Of a DNA stretch of 248,000 bases, positions 212,017 to 227,066 are shown in pieces; the stretch's first letter is position 1; every line of letters begins with the position of its first letter. The notes under the pieces are model-generated. The model saw only the letters and a program-made list of their open reading frames with translations, was not told where the DNA came from and ran no database searches. Source of the stretch: Wallemia ichthyophaga EXF-994 (Eukaryota > Fungi > Basidiomycota); contig NW_008806283.1 in the NCBI RefSeq assembly GCF_000400465.1, positions 20,001 through 268,000 on the forward strand, read 5' to 3'. A program made the position numbers and the translations under genes.

Positions 212017-213907
212017 TCACTGATTCTTTACGAATGATAGGGAGTAGCTGTTCAAGTCAGATTTGAATAGAAGTGAGAGAAGCAAAACACCCACCTCCGT
212101 AGAAGCTAAGAGAATGGAGTCTAGCGGCAATTTCACTACCCAGCTCCTCACCCACTCCTCTGTCGGCTCAAATTGAGTATCGTTAATCTTGATAGTGTGA
212201 AAGTCGCAGATCATTTTCGGAACATCTCCTCCAAAACTAACTTTATTCTCTTGCAATCTACTCGAATCAATGGATGTAGAGACACGTTCCGCTTGTTTGC
212301 CTTTCGCTTTCTCAGACATCTCATTTTCGTTTGGTATTGATTGTGGCGGGTATGTAACCTGTGATGGTGAGGATGTCGTAGGATTTTCGTGATCAAGACT
212401 ATTTCCCCTACTACCTTGTACTACCTTGAGACCTTTCTGCAGAGTTAAATTTGCTAGTGACTGGAATGAGTCGTTGTTAAGCAATAAAGCATAGATGAGT
212501 GAAGGGTTTGCATTGAGTTGACGGTGGATAACGCCATTGAATGCTTCAAGGATATAGAAGAGATAGCGCGGATTGCCCTTGTTTGCGAACAGAAACTGGG
212601 GCGTAGCTAGCGCTCTATAAATGGATACAAGTCTGACTGCCGACAATTGCGAGAGATGCTTGAGGTACCCGCCCAAATTAGCCAATGCGGCCAAAAGACT
212701 GTCATAAGAGGCAGGATGTATGGAGCTAGTGACTAGATTGTATATAGTACTAACCAAATAATCAGAAAGCCCATGATTGCCATCTTGGAGGGATATTGGG
212801 TTGTCGAGCGATGATCCGAAATTGTGATCGAAACTGAGTGAATGAAGGAGTGAGGCCAGAAGCCTGAGTAAGTTCTGATTATGTGACTGTGTGTTCAAAG
212901 CCGTAATCAACCTGGTTGATATAGATAAGTAGTGATTTGAATGTGAGAGATATAGTTTGAATTTCGGATTAAGATCGATGAGACGCCATAAGAAGAGCCA
213001 AAGCTGAAGAACATTTGGGTTTTGTATGTAGTGAGATTTGGATATAGCTTTGAGAGAATAATTGGGAGCGGAAGACTCATCTATAATAGACAAGGAGCGT
213101 GTTAGGATGAAATCAAAGTCAATCGATCTGTGCAGCTTAGATAGGGACTTGGAAAAGGTTGAGGATGAGTTGTAGATGAGTACAAGCAACAAGTCCATGG
213201 ATAAGAGTGAAAATTTTGATAGGATGGGAGTGAGTGGGAGATAATTGAGCTGTTTAGTGGATATCGAGGTATTGAGTAGAGAAGAAAGTAAAACCAAAAC
213301 AATTTTTCTGTCTAACGAATTGAGGTAGCCTATGAGTTGGTCATGAACGGGTAGAATGGACTGGGGAGTGGAATAAAGGGGTGGAGACAAGACGGCGAGT
213401 ATGGAAGAGAGAATGAGAGCTCTGTGAGAGTTGAGATTGTTGTCATTGGGGGTGTCAGATGAGAGGCCGACGCCCTTAACCCAGATCGAGAGGGTGTAAG
213501 TGTTGTTGAGGCGGAAGAGAGACTTGATGGAGGAGGTGAGGAGGGAGTTGTAGTCTATAGCATTAGACATTGCAGGTAAGTAGCCTAAATCGTAGTAGAC
213601 GGGGAAGAGCTTGGAGAAGATTCTATGGATATTCAAAGCGTGGTTCGTAGTGGTACCATCCAATTGAGACACCAAATAACGTATCAAAGTGAAAATATTT
213701 TCAGATAAAGACAAGCGAATATCATTAACGGTTAATAAGCTATTAAGATCATCATCATTTTCAATCAAATCAATGAATTTAAACCAGTAATCGACGTCGT
213801 CTGGGTGTACCAATATCGATTTAATTCTGTTTATCCCATTGGCAGATAGTCTGAAATCAATTTTGGAGTTTGATTTTTTGAATTTATTGGAAAGGAATTC
213901 CATCATG
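212017..213907 (-). CDS. Hid1/Ecm30 family protein
   Basis: NPSLIYAL, FEPTEEWVRSW..LPL. Confidence 0.75.
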
Positions 213908-213919
213908 CCTAAGTGATGA

Positions 213920-214240
<321 letters not shown>

Positions 214241-214332
214241 GGAAGTGAAATTAGCTTGCAGCATACAGCGCAGGCCCTGGCTGCTGATAATCTGTTATCT
214301 GTGAATTATTCATTAGCTTTATACGTTCCACT

Positions 214333-215146
214333 CTATTTATTACCTACGCCTTGCTGTGAATCATACATATTTGGCAAATATATTCCTGGATCCTGTTCAT
214401 TGTATCCACCTGGGAATTTTACTGTATCGCTTGGATACGCGTCTCCGCCTCCTTGCACCTGCACATTGATGCATGATGGATAAAATTCGCATCCTCCAAC
214501 CATATTCGCTTCGTGTAGCGCTATTATTTCGTGTCTGATCATGTAGTTGCCTGATGCTATATCCCATGGTACTGTTGCCTTGACTGTATTGAAATTCTTT
214601 AGTGTCGCCTGCTCCCACATACCATCTGGTCTCTTATCATCCTCTGAGATTTTGAAAAAGTCGATTGTTGTAGGATCAACATTCTTACAATCGCCGTTGC
214701 AGTTGCCCATGTATGTTATAATTGGTCCAGTACTATGTGGCCATGGAATACCATCCTCACCGCCATTCCAAATGAACTCTACGTCAGTACCAGCAGCAAC
214801 TGGGGCACTGTATTCTGAGGGGACTGAATCTCGACCACACTTGGACCTGTGTTAGTGGATCCCATCATTTTCATATATAAAGTTCCAACTCACAGACAAA
214901 TTAGGTGAGTAAATGTCTTTAATTGGCTTCGTGTTGGTTACTTGACGGATTGGGCCTTTAGATTTGATCTCCGAGTCGTCGCCGTAGTTTGGATAAGGTC
215001 CTGTATGTGTTTGGTCGTTGAGTATTACCTCTGCGGGGAATTTGAGTAGGTGTCTCAGAGAGAGCAATATAAACGCACGCTTTACGATGCCATGTGCAGC
215101 GACCAGGCTGAGCAAAGAGGATACTGTGAGTGCTTTCATGATCATA
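214333..215146 (-). CDS. AA9 lytic polysaccharide monooxygenase
   Basis: Signal then HG, PHSTGPI, RHEIIALH, EFYPSC. Confidence 0.85.
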
Positions 215147-215357
215147 GTGCTGCTTAAGGAAATATGTTTTATCAAATTGAGATATTTATCCACTGGTATG
215201 AATAAGTCTAAATTCGTCGACGATCGAAAATTCCGGGTGAGGACAGTGGAGTGGCTGGCTGGCTGGCTGGTGGCGTGTGGATTTTATTTAGTGTTTTCGT
215301 TGATATAGACACGTATACACGCAGTGCTGTTCCTCCCATCTCTTCTCTTCCACCTTC

Positions 215358-217091
215358 ATGTCTTCTGCGGTTGAAAACAAGAAGAAGTCGCAGCTCAGCA
215401 AGAATCAGCTAAAGAGATTAAAGAAGAAGAGTAAAAGCGGGGAGGAACCGGTTGCACACGATGCGGTGGCAGAACCAGCGGCAGAATCAGCAGAATCAGC
215501 AGAACAGCCACACCCACAAGACGCACAAGAGGAATCCATAGACACTGAAAATATCCCAGAGGAATACAAGCAGATCTTCCTTAAATTCCAGCCTCAAGAA
215601 GATACACAGCCTGTAAGAACTCACGCAACCACATGATAAACAACACTCACCAACACAACACAGGAAGAAGCAGCAAAGAATGAATGGCTTTACAGCGATG
215701 ATGACGATGACGAGGATTTAAAAAAGGAAGAAGAGCACCTCTCCAAGAAGAAGCAGCGCAGAATAAACCGTTTATCCGTCGCAGAGCTCAAGTCGCTAGT
215801 ATCCAAACCTGAGATTGTAGAAGCGGTAGACACGACATCGCGTGATCCACGTCTACTGATCCACCTCAAATCCTACAAAAACACAATCCCCGTGCCCTCC
215901 CACTGGGCCCAGAAGCGTGGTTTCCTCGAAGGCAAGAAGGGCATAGAGAAGCCCGCGTTTCAGCTGCCCTCATATATTGCAGATACTGGCATAGGCGTAC
216001 AGCAGGACGCAGTGAAGGAGCGTGAGGCTGAGATGTCCCTCAAGCAGAAGACACGCCAACGTGTCCAGCCTCGCATGGGCAAGATGGACATCGATTACCA
216101 GAAGCTCCACGAAGCTTTCTTTAAGTTCCAAACCAAGCCGCCTATGTCTGACTACGGCGAGACGTATTATGAAGGCAAAGAGTTCGAAACTTATGTCAAG
216201 GAGAGAAAACCCGGTGAAATAAGCACAGAGCTCAAGGAGGCACTCAGTATACCACCTCTCGCTCCCCCACCATGGCTCATCGCTATGCAGAGATATGGTC
216301 CACCACCTAGCTATCCCAACCTCAAAATCCCGGGTCTCAACTATCCTATCCCTGAAGGTGCTCAATGGGGCTTCCATCCTGGTGGTTGGGGCAAACCACC
216401 GACTGACGAGTATAATCGCCCTCTCTACGGTGATGTCTTTGGTGTTATTCCAAAATTCAACCCTGATTCGGTTGACAATATTGACAAGAGTCTTTGGGGG
216501 GAGATATTATCTGAAGAGGAGCAGTCGTCTTCTGATGAAGAGAGTGATGAAGATGAGGATGAGGAAGATGAGGAGCAGGAGCAAGATCAGATACAGCCAG
216601 ACGAAGATGGTGAGGAGATGGATGGTATGGAGACACCATCTGGTATGGCATCGGTTGCTACTACTGCGCCAGGCGCTGGATTGGAGACGCCCGCTTTCAC
216701 AGATTTAAGGAAGGGTGCAAGAGGTGATGACACGCCTAGAGAACTTTATCAAGTTCTTCCAGAGAGGCAGGCTGCAGTGGATGGATTGATGGGATCAGAG
216801 AGGGTGTATGACATGCCAACGCTCGGCAAGGAAAGCTCAAAGAAGCGCAAATCGGGCGATGTCCAACTAGCCATTGATCCTGAAGAGCTGGCAAAAATGT
216901 CGGATGAGCAGATAAAACAGGCTTACGAGGAGCAGAGTCGGAGTAGTGGGAATAGAGTGCATGTCCCAGGTGCTGATAGGGCTGAGGACTTTACAGATAT
217001 ACTTCAAGAAGGACATGGCAAGCGACAGAAGAAAGATGAGAGGAGAAGAGCTGATAAAGAGGATAATAGGAAGGATAAATTCAAGTTTTAG
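215358..217091 (+). CDS. CUS1: Splicing factor SF3B2/Cus1
   Basis: PSHWAQKR, DIDYQKLHEAFF, PPPWLIAMQRYGPPPSYP. Confidence 0.95.
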
Positions 217092-217254
217092 AGAGCTACT
217101 TGCAGTTGTAATGTATACATATTAGTATTTTGATGAGAAGTAAGATTTTCATAGAAGGCTTGGATGGGGAGGCACATAACACACTCATCAAATAGCCGGA
217201 CCAAGTTGTTTGTATATCGTGCATATGAGTAAAACAAAGAAGGAGACTTAAATT

Positions 217255-217795
217255 AAACGACAGTACCAGCGTTAGAAGCGATACGTGGCCATAAGTCAGC
217301 GCATTCCTTTGCGACGGCTGGTAAAAGGATTGTGAGATAGATATAAGTAAATTAGGATAAAACCCACGACCAGTGATAGCTGAACCCTTCATTTCACCCT
217401 TTGGGTTGGTGATGACACCGGCGTTGTCCTCAAAGTAGAGGAAAACACCATCACGTCTTCTCCAAGGCTTACGTTGGCGGACGACGACGGCAGGCATGAC
217501 CTTCTTACGCAATTCAGGCTTACCCTTCTTGACGGTAGCCATGATCATGTCACCGGCACTGGCGGCAGGGAGACGGTTAAGACGAGCACCGCTGTGGAAG
217601 ACGGCGACGACGTAAAGGTTCTTTGCACCAGAGTTGTCAGCGCAGTTGAGAACAGCGCCAGTTGGAAGACCGACTGGAGGGAATCAGCGGGAAAAAGGGG
217701 AAAAAGGGGATATTTACGGGTCATACGGAACTTGTTACCTGGAAGAAGAGTGAGTAAAAAAGAAAGCTGTAAACGAGTTCACTGCGCACCTTGGT
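217255..217795 (-). CDS. RPL23: 60S ribosomal protein uL14
   Basis: [30 protein letters not shown]. Confidence 0.95.
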
Positions 217796-218368
217796 TTTGA
217801 ACCTGGGATTGAGCACCGTCAATTGAGCCATTCCAAGGCTAAAAAAAGGCTTCAACTAACCTTACTCATCTCACTCTAAACGGCTATATTAGTTGTGCAC
217901 TACTCGCAGGTATTTTCACCCACTAAAGAATTTGGCCTTCAGCTAGCGAAGTCGAAGAAGGATTTACGACTTTTACCAGAATAAAATTTGTGTTTATATT
218001 GTGTGAGTTGAGGAGGGAGATAGCTGTGTAAATGAATGTATTCTGCTAATCTTTGGCTTGTTTTCTGCTGTCTGCGCTGCGTGTGTGTGTAGACCTGCGT
218101 ATGATGTTATCGACATTCTAGGAATCGTGAGCGGTGTTGTGTACCAAATAGCATGCTTGAATACTCCAGCTATTCTCAATACCCAGCTCACCCTTTTCTA
218201 CCTCATATCGCTCAAATTCCACTCAAATCTCTCTGAGCTGGCACAAACACCAGAAACGGCGAGATGGAGCGCATTTAGCGGGTTAAAGCGTGTTCGGAGT
218301 GATATTACAGCCACTACAGCTTCAAATCTCCCACTTTCCCTCCATCCCCTTCTCTGTCTAGCACGCCC

Positions 218369-218474
218369 ATGAACAACTCAGCGACACAAACTGAGAATCC
218401 CGTTGTATGGCGCACGCCGCAGTACTACAACGTGAAGAAGAAGCAGCCAAAGTACGGCGAGCAACAGCAACAGC

Positions 218475-218529
<55 letters not shown>

Positions 218530-221288
218530 GCAGCAGACACAGCACTCCAATCTTCCCCCACAGCAACTCATACCAAGAGCATCGCAGCCACAGCAACAGA
218601 CTGAGCCCAGCGATCTAAGCCTGGCAAATATACTCCACTACTTGCAATCAGAATGGAGGAGGTGCGTGTGGTCTATCGAGCGTATGTGTAACGTCTCACT
218701 CCCAGCAGATATGAGAGAGATCGCAATGAATGGGAAATAGAAAGGGCAGAAATGAGAGCGAGACTGGCTCTGCTTGAAGGCGAGAAGAGAGCTACTGACA
218801 ACGTCAAATCTGACCTTTTGCGACGCGTCAAAATGCTCGAATACGCTTTGAGGCAGGAGAGAGCTAAGTTTATTGCTCTCTCGAATCCACGCTCCACTTC
218901 TCCGAAATCAGCCAACTCTGGGGAATCGAACGATGACAAGAACGCAAGTGGAGGTGGAAATACAAACACAAACACAACTTCAAATACAAACGCATCAGCT
219001 ATCCATCCAACTAAAAAGGCCACTTTAAAGTTTGATGGCGATGACAGTCAGAAATCTGATGACAGCCCTACTCTCTCCTCTTCAAATACTCTGCTTAACC
219101 ACTCTCACAACAATTCTTCGCTCCCTCAGTGGCTTAAATCATCCAATCACGCTAAAGACACTAAAACTCGCTCGAAAAGTCGACAGTATTTGCAGCAGTG
219201 TCTTGAAGAAATCACTTACCTCACTGATCCATCGACTCTCAATCCACTTACGGGTAGACCATACAAGGACGTAGACGGATTGGAAATCGAGAAGTTACCA
219301 CATTCTGTGCCAATGGAGTCAACGTCACCAAATTCCTCCGAAAAAATCAATCAGCAGTTATCAAACAGCTTATCCAACTCAGTTACAATCGATGAGAGTA
219401 GCGGTGGTCCAATAGTATCACACCCAATTGTCGAAAACGAGGAGAGTGTACGAGCTCAACTTGCAACTCCATCCGGACCATCATCTCCTCCAGTCATCGC
219501 TAGCAACATATTCGATCAGAAGGCGCAAGAGATGCACAAGACGCAGACTGAGCCCGAAGAGCATGATGACGATGAAGATGATCAGGATGACCAAACTGTC
219601 ATTGACCAAGATAACGACGCTAATGATAAAGAGGAAGAACAAAACGGTGATGATAATCCTGAGGCTGAGGCTACTTTCACTCCAGTCACACACTCTAATG
219701 ACCAAAAGGATACCACAAAAACGAATGAAACCATTGATGAGGATGCCAAGGTTTCCAAAGAGCAATTGGAAGACGAAAACCTGGTTAAACCTGAGGATCC
219801 AATGAATGCTGATGCTCCAAGTGAAGCTAAAGCTGAAGCTGCGGCTGAGAAATCTGAGCATTCTGCGCAATCTACCCAGCCTCAGACGGAAGGAGCAGTT
219901 GAACCAGCAAACCACCCTGAAGATGTAAGTAAATGAAAAGCAAATGCTTTACAGCACCTCCTTCTCATTAAATAATCTTTACCTATTCTACATTCTACAT
220001 ATACTTGACATGCATTGTCGCTTTTTTTTCATTCGAGACACAGACTGACACGATTTAAATGCAGTTACAGTTGAAAGTAGCTCCATTGATCGACGTACAA
220101 AATGGTGAGTGGAATGAAATGAAGATTGTGCGTTACTGAGTTTCTCTGCCAGTAGAAGATGAAGTAGATAGCGAGAGCATGCGCTCGAACAGCTCAATCA
220201 AGTCAACAGGATTATGGAAGTGGTGGAAGACGCTGCGAAGGTGGGTTAAAGGAGGAGGGGAGGTAGATAAAAGCGAGAGCTATCAAAACTAACACACAAC
220301 CAGCCACACTGATCCTATCCGCGCTGTGGTGTTCATCAAGCTGAATGCGGACGAGACGATGATGATAACAGGGGGAGATGACACGGTTTTGAGGTATTGG
220401 AGAGTACCACCTTCCACTGACAAGAGTGTGCTACTCCCCAGTGTCAATCTGCGCGCTCACACCGCACCAATAACTTCAATAGCCGCTTCTAAGACGAAGA
220501 AGGTAGTTTATACAGCCAGCATTGATAGCACGATACGCGAATGGAAACTGACGGAGCGGGATGGAGATGTTATCGATCTCCATTCGCTCTCGGGGAGGAT
220601 CTTCGAGGGTCATACAAACGCTGTTTGGGGAGTCGTGTGTACACAATCAGGCAAGCTCATCAGCGTCAGCAGCGACTCGACGATGAAGATCTGGAATGAG
220701 GAGACAGGTGCGCTGGAAAACACTATCAACCTCGACACGCCGTGTTCGACGATCGATTTATACGAAGAGAGTGAGAGTGGGAGTGAGAAGGAAACTATCA
220801 AGGTGGCAGTTGGATTGACTGACCAGAGAGCCATCGTGATGGATCTCACCAATCTCAGCACGCCGTTTTTAGAGCTAGTAGTGGACGATGCAGACACAGA
220901 AGCGAATGCTCAATTCAACAATGTCGTACTGGACGACGATAGGCTGTTTAGTGCGCACGAGGATGGCAGGATCAGATTGTGGCTGCTGTCCACTGGACAG
221001 CGTATCGAGACGCTGATGGCACATCTAGACAGCTGCACTGCAATTAAGTTGCAACCCTACTCAAACGTACTCGCCAGCGCTAGCCATGACTGCTCAGTTA
221101 GGTTCTGGTCGACAGAGAAATTCAGCCAAATTGATGGCCCTGGAGTTGCGCATGACGCTTGCGTACAAGAATGTGGTGGACATAGGAAGCTGTTCGGCGA
221201 GGGTGTCAACGAAATAGCGGTAAATAATGACGGCACGCTGCTTGCTAGTGCAGGTGCAGATGGGGTAATCAAGCTGTATTACAAGTAG
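218369..221288 (+). CDS. Striatin (STRIPAK) WD40 protein
   Basis: ILHYLQSEWR, RRVKMLEYALRQERAK, WD repeats. Confidence 0.92.
218460..218535 (+). repeat. (CAA)n microsatellite encoding polyQ
   Basis: Read directly. Confidence 0.9.
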
Positions 221289-221314
221289 GAGTATGTACCA
221301 CGCAATTCAAATGC

Positions 221315-222029
221315 ATCATTCATACAAGGTCCAATTAGACGTCAGCGTGAGCTGGGAACTCAAAGACGACATCCTTGCCAGCGAGACGCTTGTAGATGGA
221401 TTCGAAGGAGGTGAGCTTGTGCTCGAGGATGTGTGAGTCCTTAGGGTCAAGGAAACTGATTACATAGTTAGCACGCGAGCTCTGCAGGAGAATATCAGGG
221501 TATTCTCGAGCGCGCTCCAGCGATTAAACGAAAACACGGTCGAAAAATCCAAAGAGGGGACTCACCACTTGATCAACTTGCTGCCGTCAGTGGATTGACG
221601 GAGACGCTTACCGACAATCTCAGAAGGGAAGACAATGTCCTCGAGGATGGCTGCGTGGACAGCGGTGAGAGTACGAGAACGAGGTCTTTGTTGAGGTTGC
221701 TTTTGGTTGCGAGTTGGCTTAGGGAGGATACGGCGTTGGGCAACGAAGACGACGTGACGGTCAGAGAACTTCTTCTCGAGCTCACGGGTCAAGCGCTGTT
221801 GAACCTTGTGGAAAGCCTTGACTTGAGGAACAGGAACAAAGACAACAATAGCCTTCTTACCGCCCTTTACATCAACCTCACGAGCAGAGGAGATGGTGAG
221901 TGGTGCGAGCTCGGCCTTGAGGTCTGGGACGTTGTTGCCGAGGTCGATTAAAGCTTGACCAACTGATAATTCAATTTCGTCTGGTTGGACGCGTGCTGCG
222001 TTAGCGGAGCGTTGAATCTTAGAGGCCAT
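221315..222029 (-). CDS. RPS7: 40S ribosomal protein eS7
   Basis: [26 protein letters not shown]. Confidence 0.96.
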
Positions 222030-222584
222030 GGCTTTATTGGTGTCCCGGTGGTTTTCACTGAAGAGGCGAAGACGCTGATTGGAAAAAATTAAGTGCCAAT
222101 TTTCATTTTATTTTTGACGACCATTGGATATCTATAGACGGTCTTTGTGGGTTTCTGTAGGTCTTTGGTTGTGGCTCTTTGTCCATCTAACCGCCACCTA
222201 ACTCCACCCACTTGAGTTGTTTCAAAAATTTGTCTGGGGAAGCGAGTGAGGAGCGGAGATACCTAGGTAGCAGCTACATGCACCAGAACATCCTAAACCT
222301 TCTTGATTCCCATCAAATTCCTTCAAAAGTGAAGATTTTCCGGGATGCTTCTCGAAGGCGAGGTAGACGTGATTGAGAGGCTGGAATCACAGCATACAGG
222401 GAATACATAAACATTTAACATTTACAAAGAAATTTGAATATTTTTATATTTTATAACACACTTGTGACGTGTCAGTGTGTACTACGTAGCGCGATACGCT
222501 GGCAAACATCTTAAACTCATACCACAATGAACATCAATTTCAGGCATACGCTCAGCCTTCTCCTAGTGGGAATCCTGGCAATCC

Positions 222585-224540
222585 TTGGATGCCTATCTAG
222601 CGTACAAGCACAAGAGAATGATTATGGTTAGTGTCTTGCTGGTATTTTGTATCATCCAGCTCACACGGCTCATAGGAACTGTTATCGGTATTGATCTTGG
222701 TACCACTTACTCTGCTGTCGGTGTTCTCCGTGGTGGCCGCGTCGATATCATCGCTAATGAACAAGGAAACCGTATTACTCCATCGTGGGTCGCTTTCACA
222801 GACGAAGGAAGACTCGTCGGTGAATCTGCAAAGAACCAGTACTCTCAAAACCCTACAAACACTGTTTTCGACGCTAAGCGCTTCATCGGTCGCAAAATGG
222901 ATGACCCAGACATGAAACGCGACGTAAAGCACCTTCCTTTTTCAATCAAATCAAAGCAAAACAAGCCTTCGATTGAGGTTGAATGGAAGGGCGATGATAA
223001 GTCTTTCCAACCTGAAGAAATTTCAGCTATGGTTCTCGGTAAAATGAAGGAAACTGCTGAGCAATACCTCGGTACTTCTGTTACTCACGCTGTCGTTACT
223101 GTTCCTGCCTACTTTAACGACGCTCAACGTCAAGCTACAAAGGACGCTGGTACCATCTCTGGTCTCAATGTTCTCCGTATCATCAATGAGCCAACCGCCG
223201 CTGCAATCGCTTATGGTCTCGACAAGAAGGATGACAAAGAATCTCGCATTCTCGTCTTCGATTTGGGTGGTGGTACTTTCGATGTCTCATTGTTATCCAT
223301 CGATGATGGTGTCTTTGAAGTTTTGTCTACTGCTGGTGACACTCACCTTGGTGGTGAAGACTTTGACAACCGTGTTCAAGACTACCTTGTTAAGCAATAC
223401 AAGAACAAGACTGGCCAAGACCCTTCAAAGAACAAGCGCTCAATGGGTAAACTGAAGCGTGCAGTTGAACAAGCAAAGCGTCAACTCTCCTCACAAGCAT
223501 CTACAAAGGTTGAAATCGAAGCCTTTTTCCAAGGTGATGATATGGTAGAGACTCTCACTCGTGCCAAGTTTGAGGAAATCAACAACGACCTCTTCCGCAA
223601 GACTTTAAAGCCAGTTGAACAAGTTCTTAAGGACGCAAAGGTTAGCAAGACTGAAGTTGACGACATTGTACTCGTTGGTGGTTCAACCCGTATTCCAAAG
223701 GTTCAACAACTCCTCCAAGACTTCTTTGACGGTAAGCAACTCTCAAAGGGCATTAACCCAGATGAGGCTGTTGCATACGGTGCTGCTGTTCAAGGTGGTG
223801 TTCTCTCCGGTGAATCATCAGCTGACGATATCTTGTTGATTGATGTTTGCCCACTTACTCTCGGTATTGAGACAACTGGTGGTGTGATGACCAAGCTCAT
223901 TCCACGTAACACTCAGTTGCCAACCAAGAAATCACAAATTTTCTCAACTGCAGCAGACAACCAACCAACTGTGTTGATTCAAGTTTATGAAGGTGAAAGA
224001 TCGATGACCAAGGACAACAACTTGCTCGGTAAATTTGAACTCACTGGAATTCCACCAGCACCACGTGGATCACCACAAATTGAAGTAACATTCGAATTGG
224101 ATGCTAATGGTATTCTCAAGACAACTGCAGCAGATAAGGCATCTGGTCGTTCAGAGTCAATCCAAATCAAGAACGAGAAGGGTAGATTAACACCAGAAGA
224201 CATTGAAAGAATGATCCAAGAAGCAGAAGAATTCGCTGCTGATGATGAGGCACAAAAGTCAAAGGTAGAATTGCGCAACAACTTTGACGGATTCATTGGA
224301 ACCGTCAGAAGTCAACTCAACGACAGCGAAGGATACGGTGGAAAGTTGTCTAAGGAAGACAAGCAAGCATTACAATCAGAGTTGAAGGATGCTGAAGCAT
224401 GGATCCAAGAGCAAGGACAATACTCAGAACCACAAGAGATTGAAGACAAGCTTTCGGAGGTACAAGCATTTGTGTCTTCGATAACTTCAAAGTTGTATGA
224501 AGAAGGTGGACACAGCGACCATCACCACGATGAACTCTAA
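222585..224540 (+). CDS. KAR2: ER Hsp70 BiP
   Basis: IDLGTTYS, Hsp70 motifs, HDEL. Confidence 0.98.
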   Translation: MDAYLAYKHKRMIMVSVLLVFCIIQLTRLIGTVIGIDLGTTYSAVGVLRGGRVDIIANEQGNRITPSWVAFTDEGRLVGESAKNQYSQNPTNTVFDAKRFIGRKMDDPDMKRDVKHLPFSIKSKQNKPSIEVEWKGDDKSFQPEEISAMVLGKMKETAEQYLGTSVTHAVVTVPAYFNDAQRQATKDAGTISGLNVLRIINEPTAAAIAYGLDKKDDKESRILVFDLGGGTFDVSLLSIDDGVFEVLSTAGDTHLGGEDFDNRVQDYLVKQYKNKTGQDPSKNKRSMGKLKRAVEQAKRQLSSQASTKVEIEAFFQGDDMVETLTRAKFEEINNDLFRKTLKPVEQVLKDAKVSKTEVDDIVLVGGSTRIPKVQQLLQDFFDGKQLSKGINPDEAVAYGAAVQGGVLSGESSADDILLIDVCPLTLGIETTGGVMTKLIPRNTQLPTKKSQIFSTAADNQPTVLIQVYEGERSMTKDNNLLGKFELTGIPPAPRGSPQIEVTFELDANGILKTTAADKASGRSESIQIKNEKGRLTPEDIERMIQEAEEFAADDEAQKSKVELRNNFDGFIGTVRSQLNDSEGYGGKLSKEDKQALQSELKDAEAWIQEQGQYSEPQEIEDKLSEVQAFVSSITSKLYEEGGHSDHHHDEL

Positions 224541-224632
224541 ATGTCTTAATATTTCATTTTCTCTTGCATGGATAAATTATATCTTTAGATGGGTTTGAGT
224601 GGGTTATTAAACCTTCTTAGTTGACAACAACC

Positions 224633-227066
224633 ATGTCTTCTCAAGAGACTTCATCGCTGCTTGCGTGGATAAACAGCTACGAGGATGTGCTGGATGGGAA
224701 TTCTGTGACTGAGATAACACAACTATCCGATGGACTTGTTCTTTCTAGGATTCTCAACAAAGTGTTAGTGGTGATGTCACAGCGTGTGTCCTCTAACGAG
224801 AAATGCAGTGACCCAGAAGCATTCCCTGCGCCGCAGAAGAAGGAAACAGACAGCACGTTCACTACAAAATTACAATCACTCACTCGCTTACAAGCCAGCT
224901 TGACTTGTCTTCTCCCAAACCTCCCACCGCTCAACCTAAGTGTAATTGCTTCAACTGCGGCTGAGAATGAGGTTGTCCAGCTCGTGAAGCATGCTCTCAT
225001 TGCCGCCGTTAAAGGCGCTGGTGGACCTTCTGTAGTTCAAGGCATAGGTCAGCTCGGTGAGGATGTCGGTGCGGGGCTGATGCTTGCAATCACCCCAGTC
225101 ATGACTAGACTCGATGAGCCTACTGTCGACAATTCGGACTATTACGCACTTCTCTCCACCCACACCGCACTGACCCACGATAAGAAGTCGATCGAGACTG
225201 CGTACAAGCAACTGCTAGACGATATGCGTTCTTTGCGAGCAGAGCATGACGATACCATCGCTGAGCTTGCTGGACTGCGCGATGAAGCTGTGGATCACCA
225301 ACCGTCTCCGATCTCAAGCCGCGCTGAAGAGTCCCTTCGCAATGAGCTGGTCAGAGTCAAAGACGAGCTGCAGAGGTCGGAAGACTCCCTCGCTGAGTCT
225401 GAGGCGACTAGCGAGCGTCACACTTTGACTATCAGAGATCTGCATAGAAAGATGGACGATCTCTCAGCGAAAGCTGCCGAGACATCTACACTGCGTGACC
225501 AGCTGGAAGAGAACAAACACGCAGCGGCGCAATTGCAGAAAACGGAAAATGTCATCGAAAAGTACAAACAGAAGCTGGAGGAGTCGGCCAGCCTCCGTAG
225601 ACAGTTCAAATCGCTCGAGGACCAGAACGCCAGACTTGTGGATGTCAACGCGTCGCTCGAAGCCAACGCTAAGCAACTCAACGCGACAAAAAGCCTCGCT
225701 GATAACTACAAGACCCAGTTTGTCGATCTCGAGAATAGACATGCGCAGCGCATGAAAGAACATCAACATCTGTCACATGAGCTCACGCAATTGAGATTAT
225801 CGCACAGCGCTCTCGAGGAGGAGAAATTGAGGGCGTCGGAGCATGTCTATCTGCTAGAAGAGAAGTTGAAGGAAATGGAGGTGGATAAAACACACGCTGA
225901 TACACACGAAATACTATCCAAACAGACTCAACATTCTCATGAAAAGAATAGCGATGACTTGGAGCTGGAGTTGAGCGACAATTCGACAACAGATCTCAAA
226001 CTCCAAGTAAGAAGGCTGGTTAAGGAGTTGGAGTCGGTGAGGAGCGACAAAGGGACCGACCCTGATAGGGCTCTTGTGCTCGAGAATGTACTTGCAGATA
226101 CCCAGAAGATGAAGGAGCGCTACGAGGCTGACTGGATGAGCGAACTCACTGAGAAGCTTGATCTGCAGAGAAAAATGGACGAAATCAGGAGGGGTATGGA
226201 TGAAGGGTCGGGTGATGGGTGAGTGTGCGCACCACCGCAGTGCAGTCTAACACTCCAAATAGCCCTGAAGTCGTCACAGCACTGCGACAACGCTTGAACG
226301 AGTCGACGGATCAACTCGACAGGATTAAGAGTAGCTTCGCGGAGCTGCAATCAGTGCATAATGGAGTTACTGAGGAGCTGACTCGAGCTAAATCTGATAG
226401 TGAGCCAAGTGGACCTAACGCGTGTCTCGCTTACCAACCCCGCAGTGACACTCGTTTCCAAGGACCAGATAGACATACTAAACTCGCTGAGGCAGAGTGT
226501 AGATGAAGACAAGCTAGAGATGGGCAAAGAGAACGACAGTCTGAAAGAGACAGTGAGGCGGATGGAGCAGCACGAGAAGGAGACGCTCGAGAAGATGAAT
226601 AGGATGTTGATGGAGAGGGTAGATGAAGGTTCATTAGGGTGAGTGTGACCAGCTACACACGCAAAAAAGCGCTCCTAACCACTAACACCAAGTGCACACA
226701 ACCGCGGCATGACCGAGAGCGACAAGGACTACATGTCGTCGCTGATGGGCGATCTGCACAAACCTCACAGCAGAGAGACGGAGTTGAGCGAGCGGGTTAA
226801 CAAAGCAGAGTCGCAAGTCCACGCACTCACTCTCGCCATGGACGACATGAAGAAGAGACACCTCAAACGTCGCCAAGAAATGTTCCTGAACCACAGCAAA
226901 GTGGCGAGCATGATGGACGACGAACCCGCGAGCGACAGACCACCACAAAAGCACTCGTGGTTGGGTATGCAGAGAGCGAATGTGAGTTTTGAATTTGTAC
227001 AAGAAAACTCAAAATGACTAATGCTGTGCAATCCAGCTCGATGGTTCTCTCTCACCGTAATAACAT
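224633..227066 (+). CDS. Hook1/Hok1-like coiled-coil adaptor
   Basis: CH-like N-terminus (LSDGLVL), IEKYKQKLE, long coiled coil. Confidence 0.75.
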
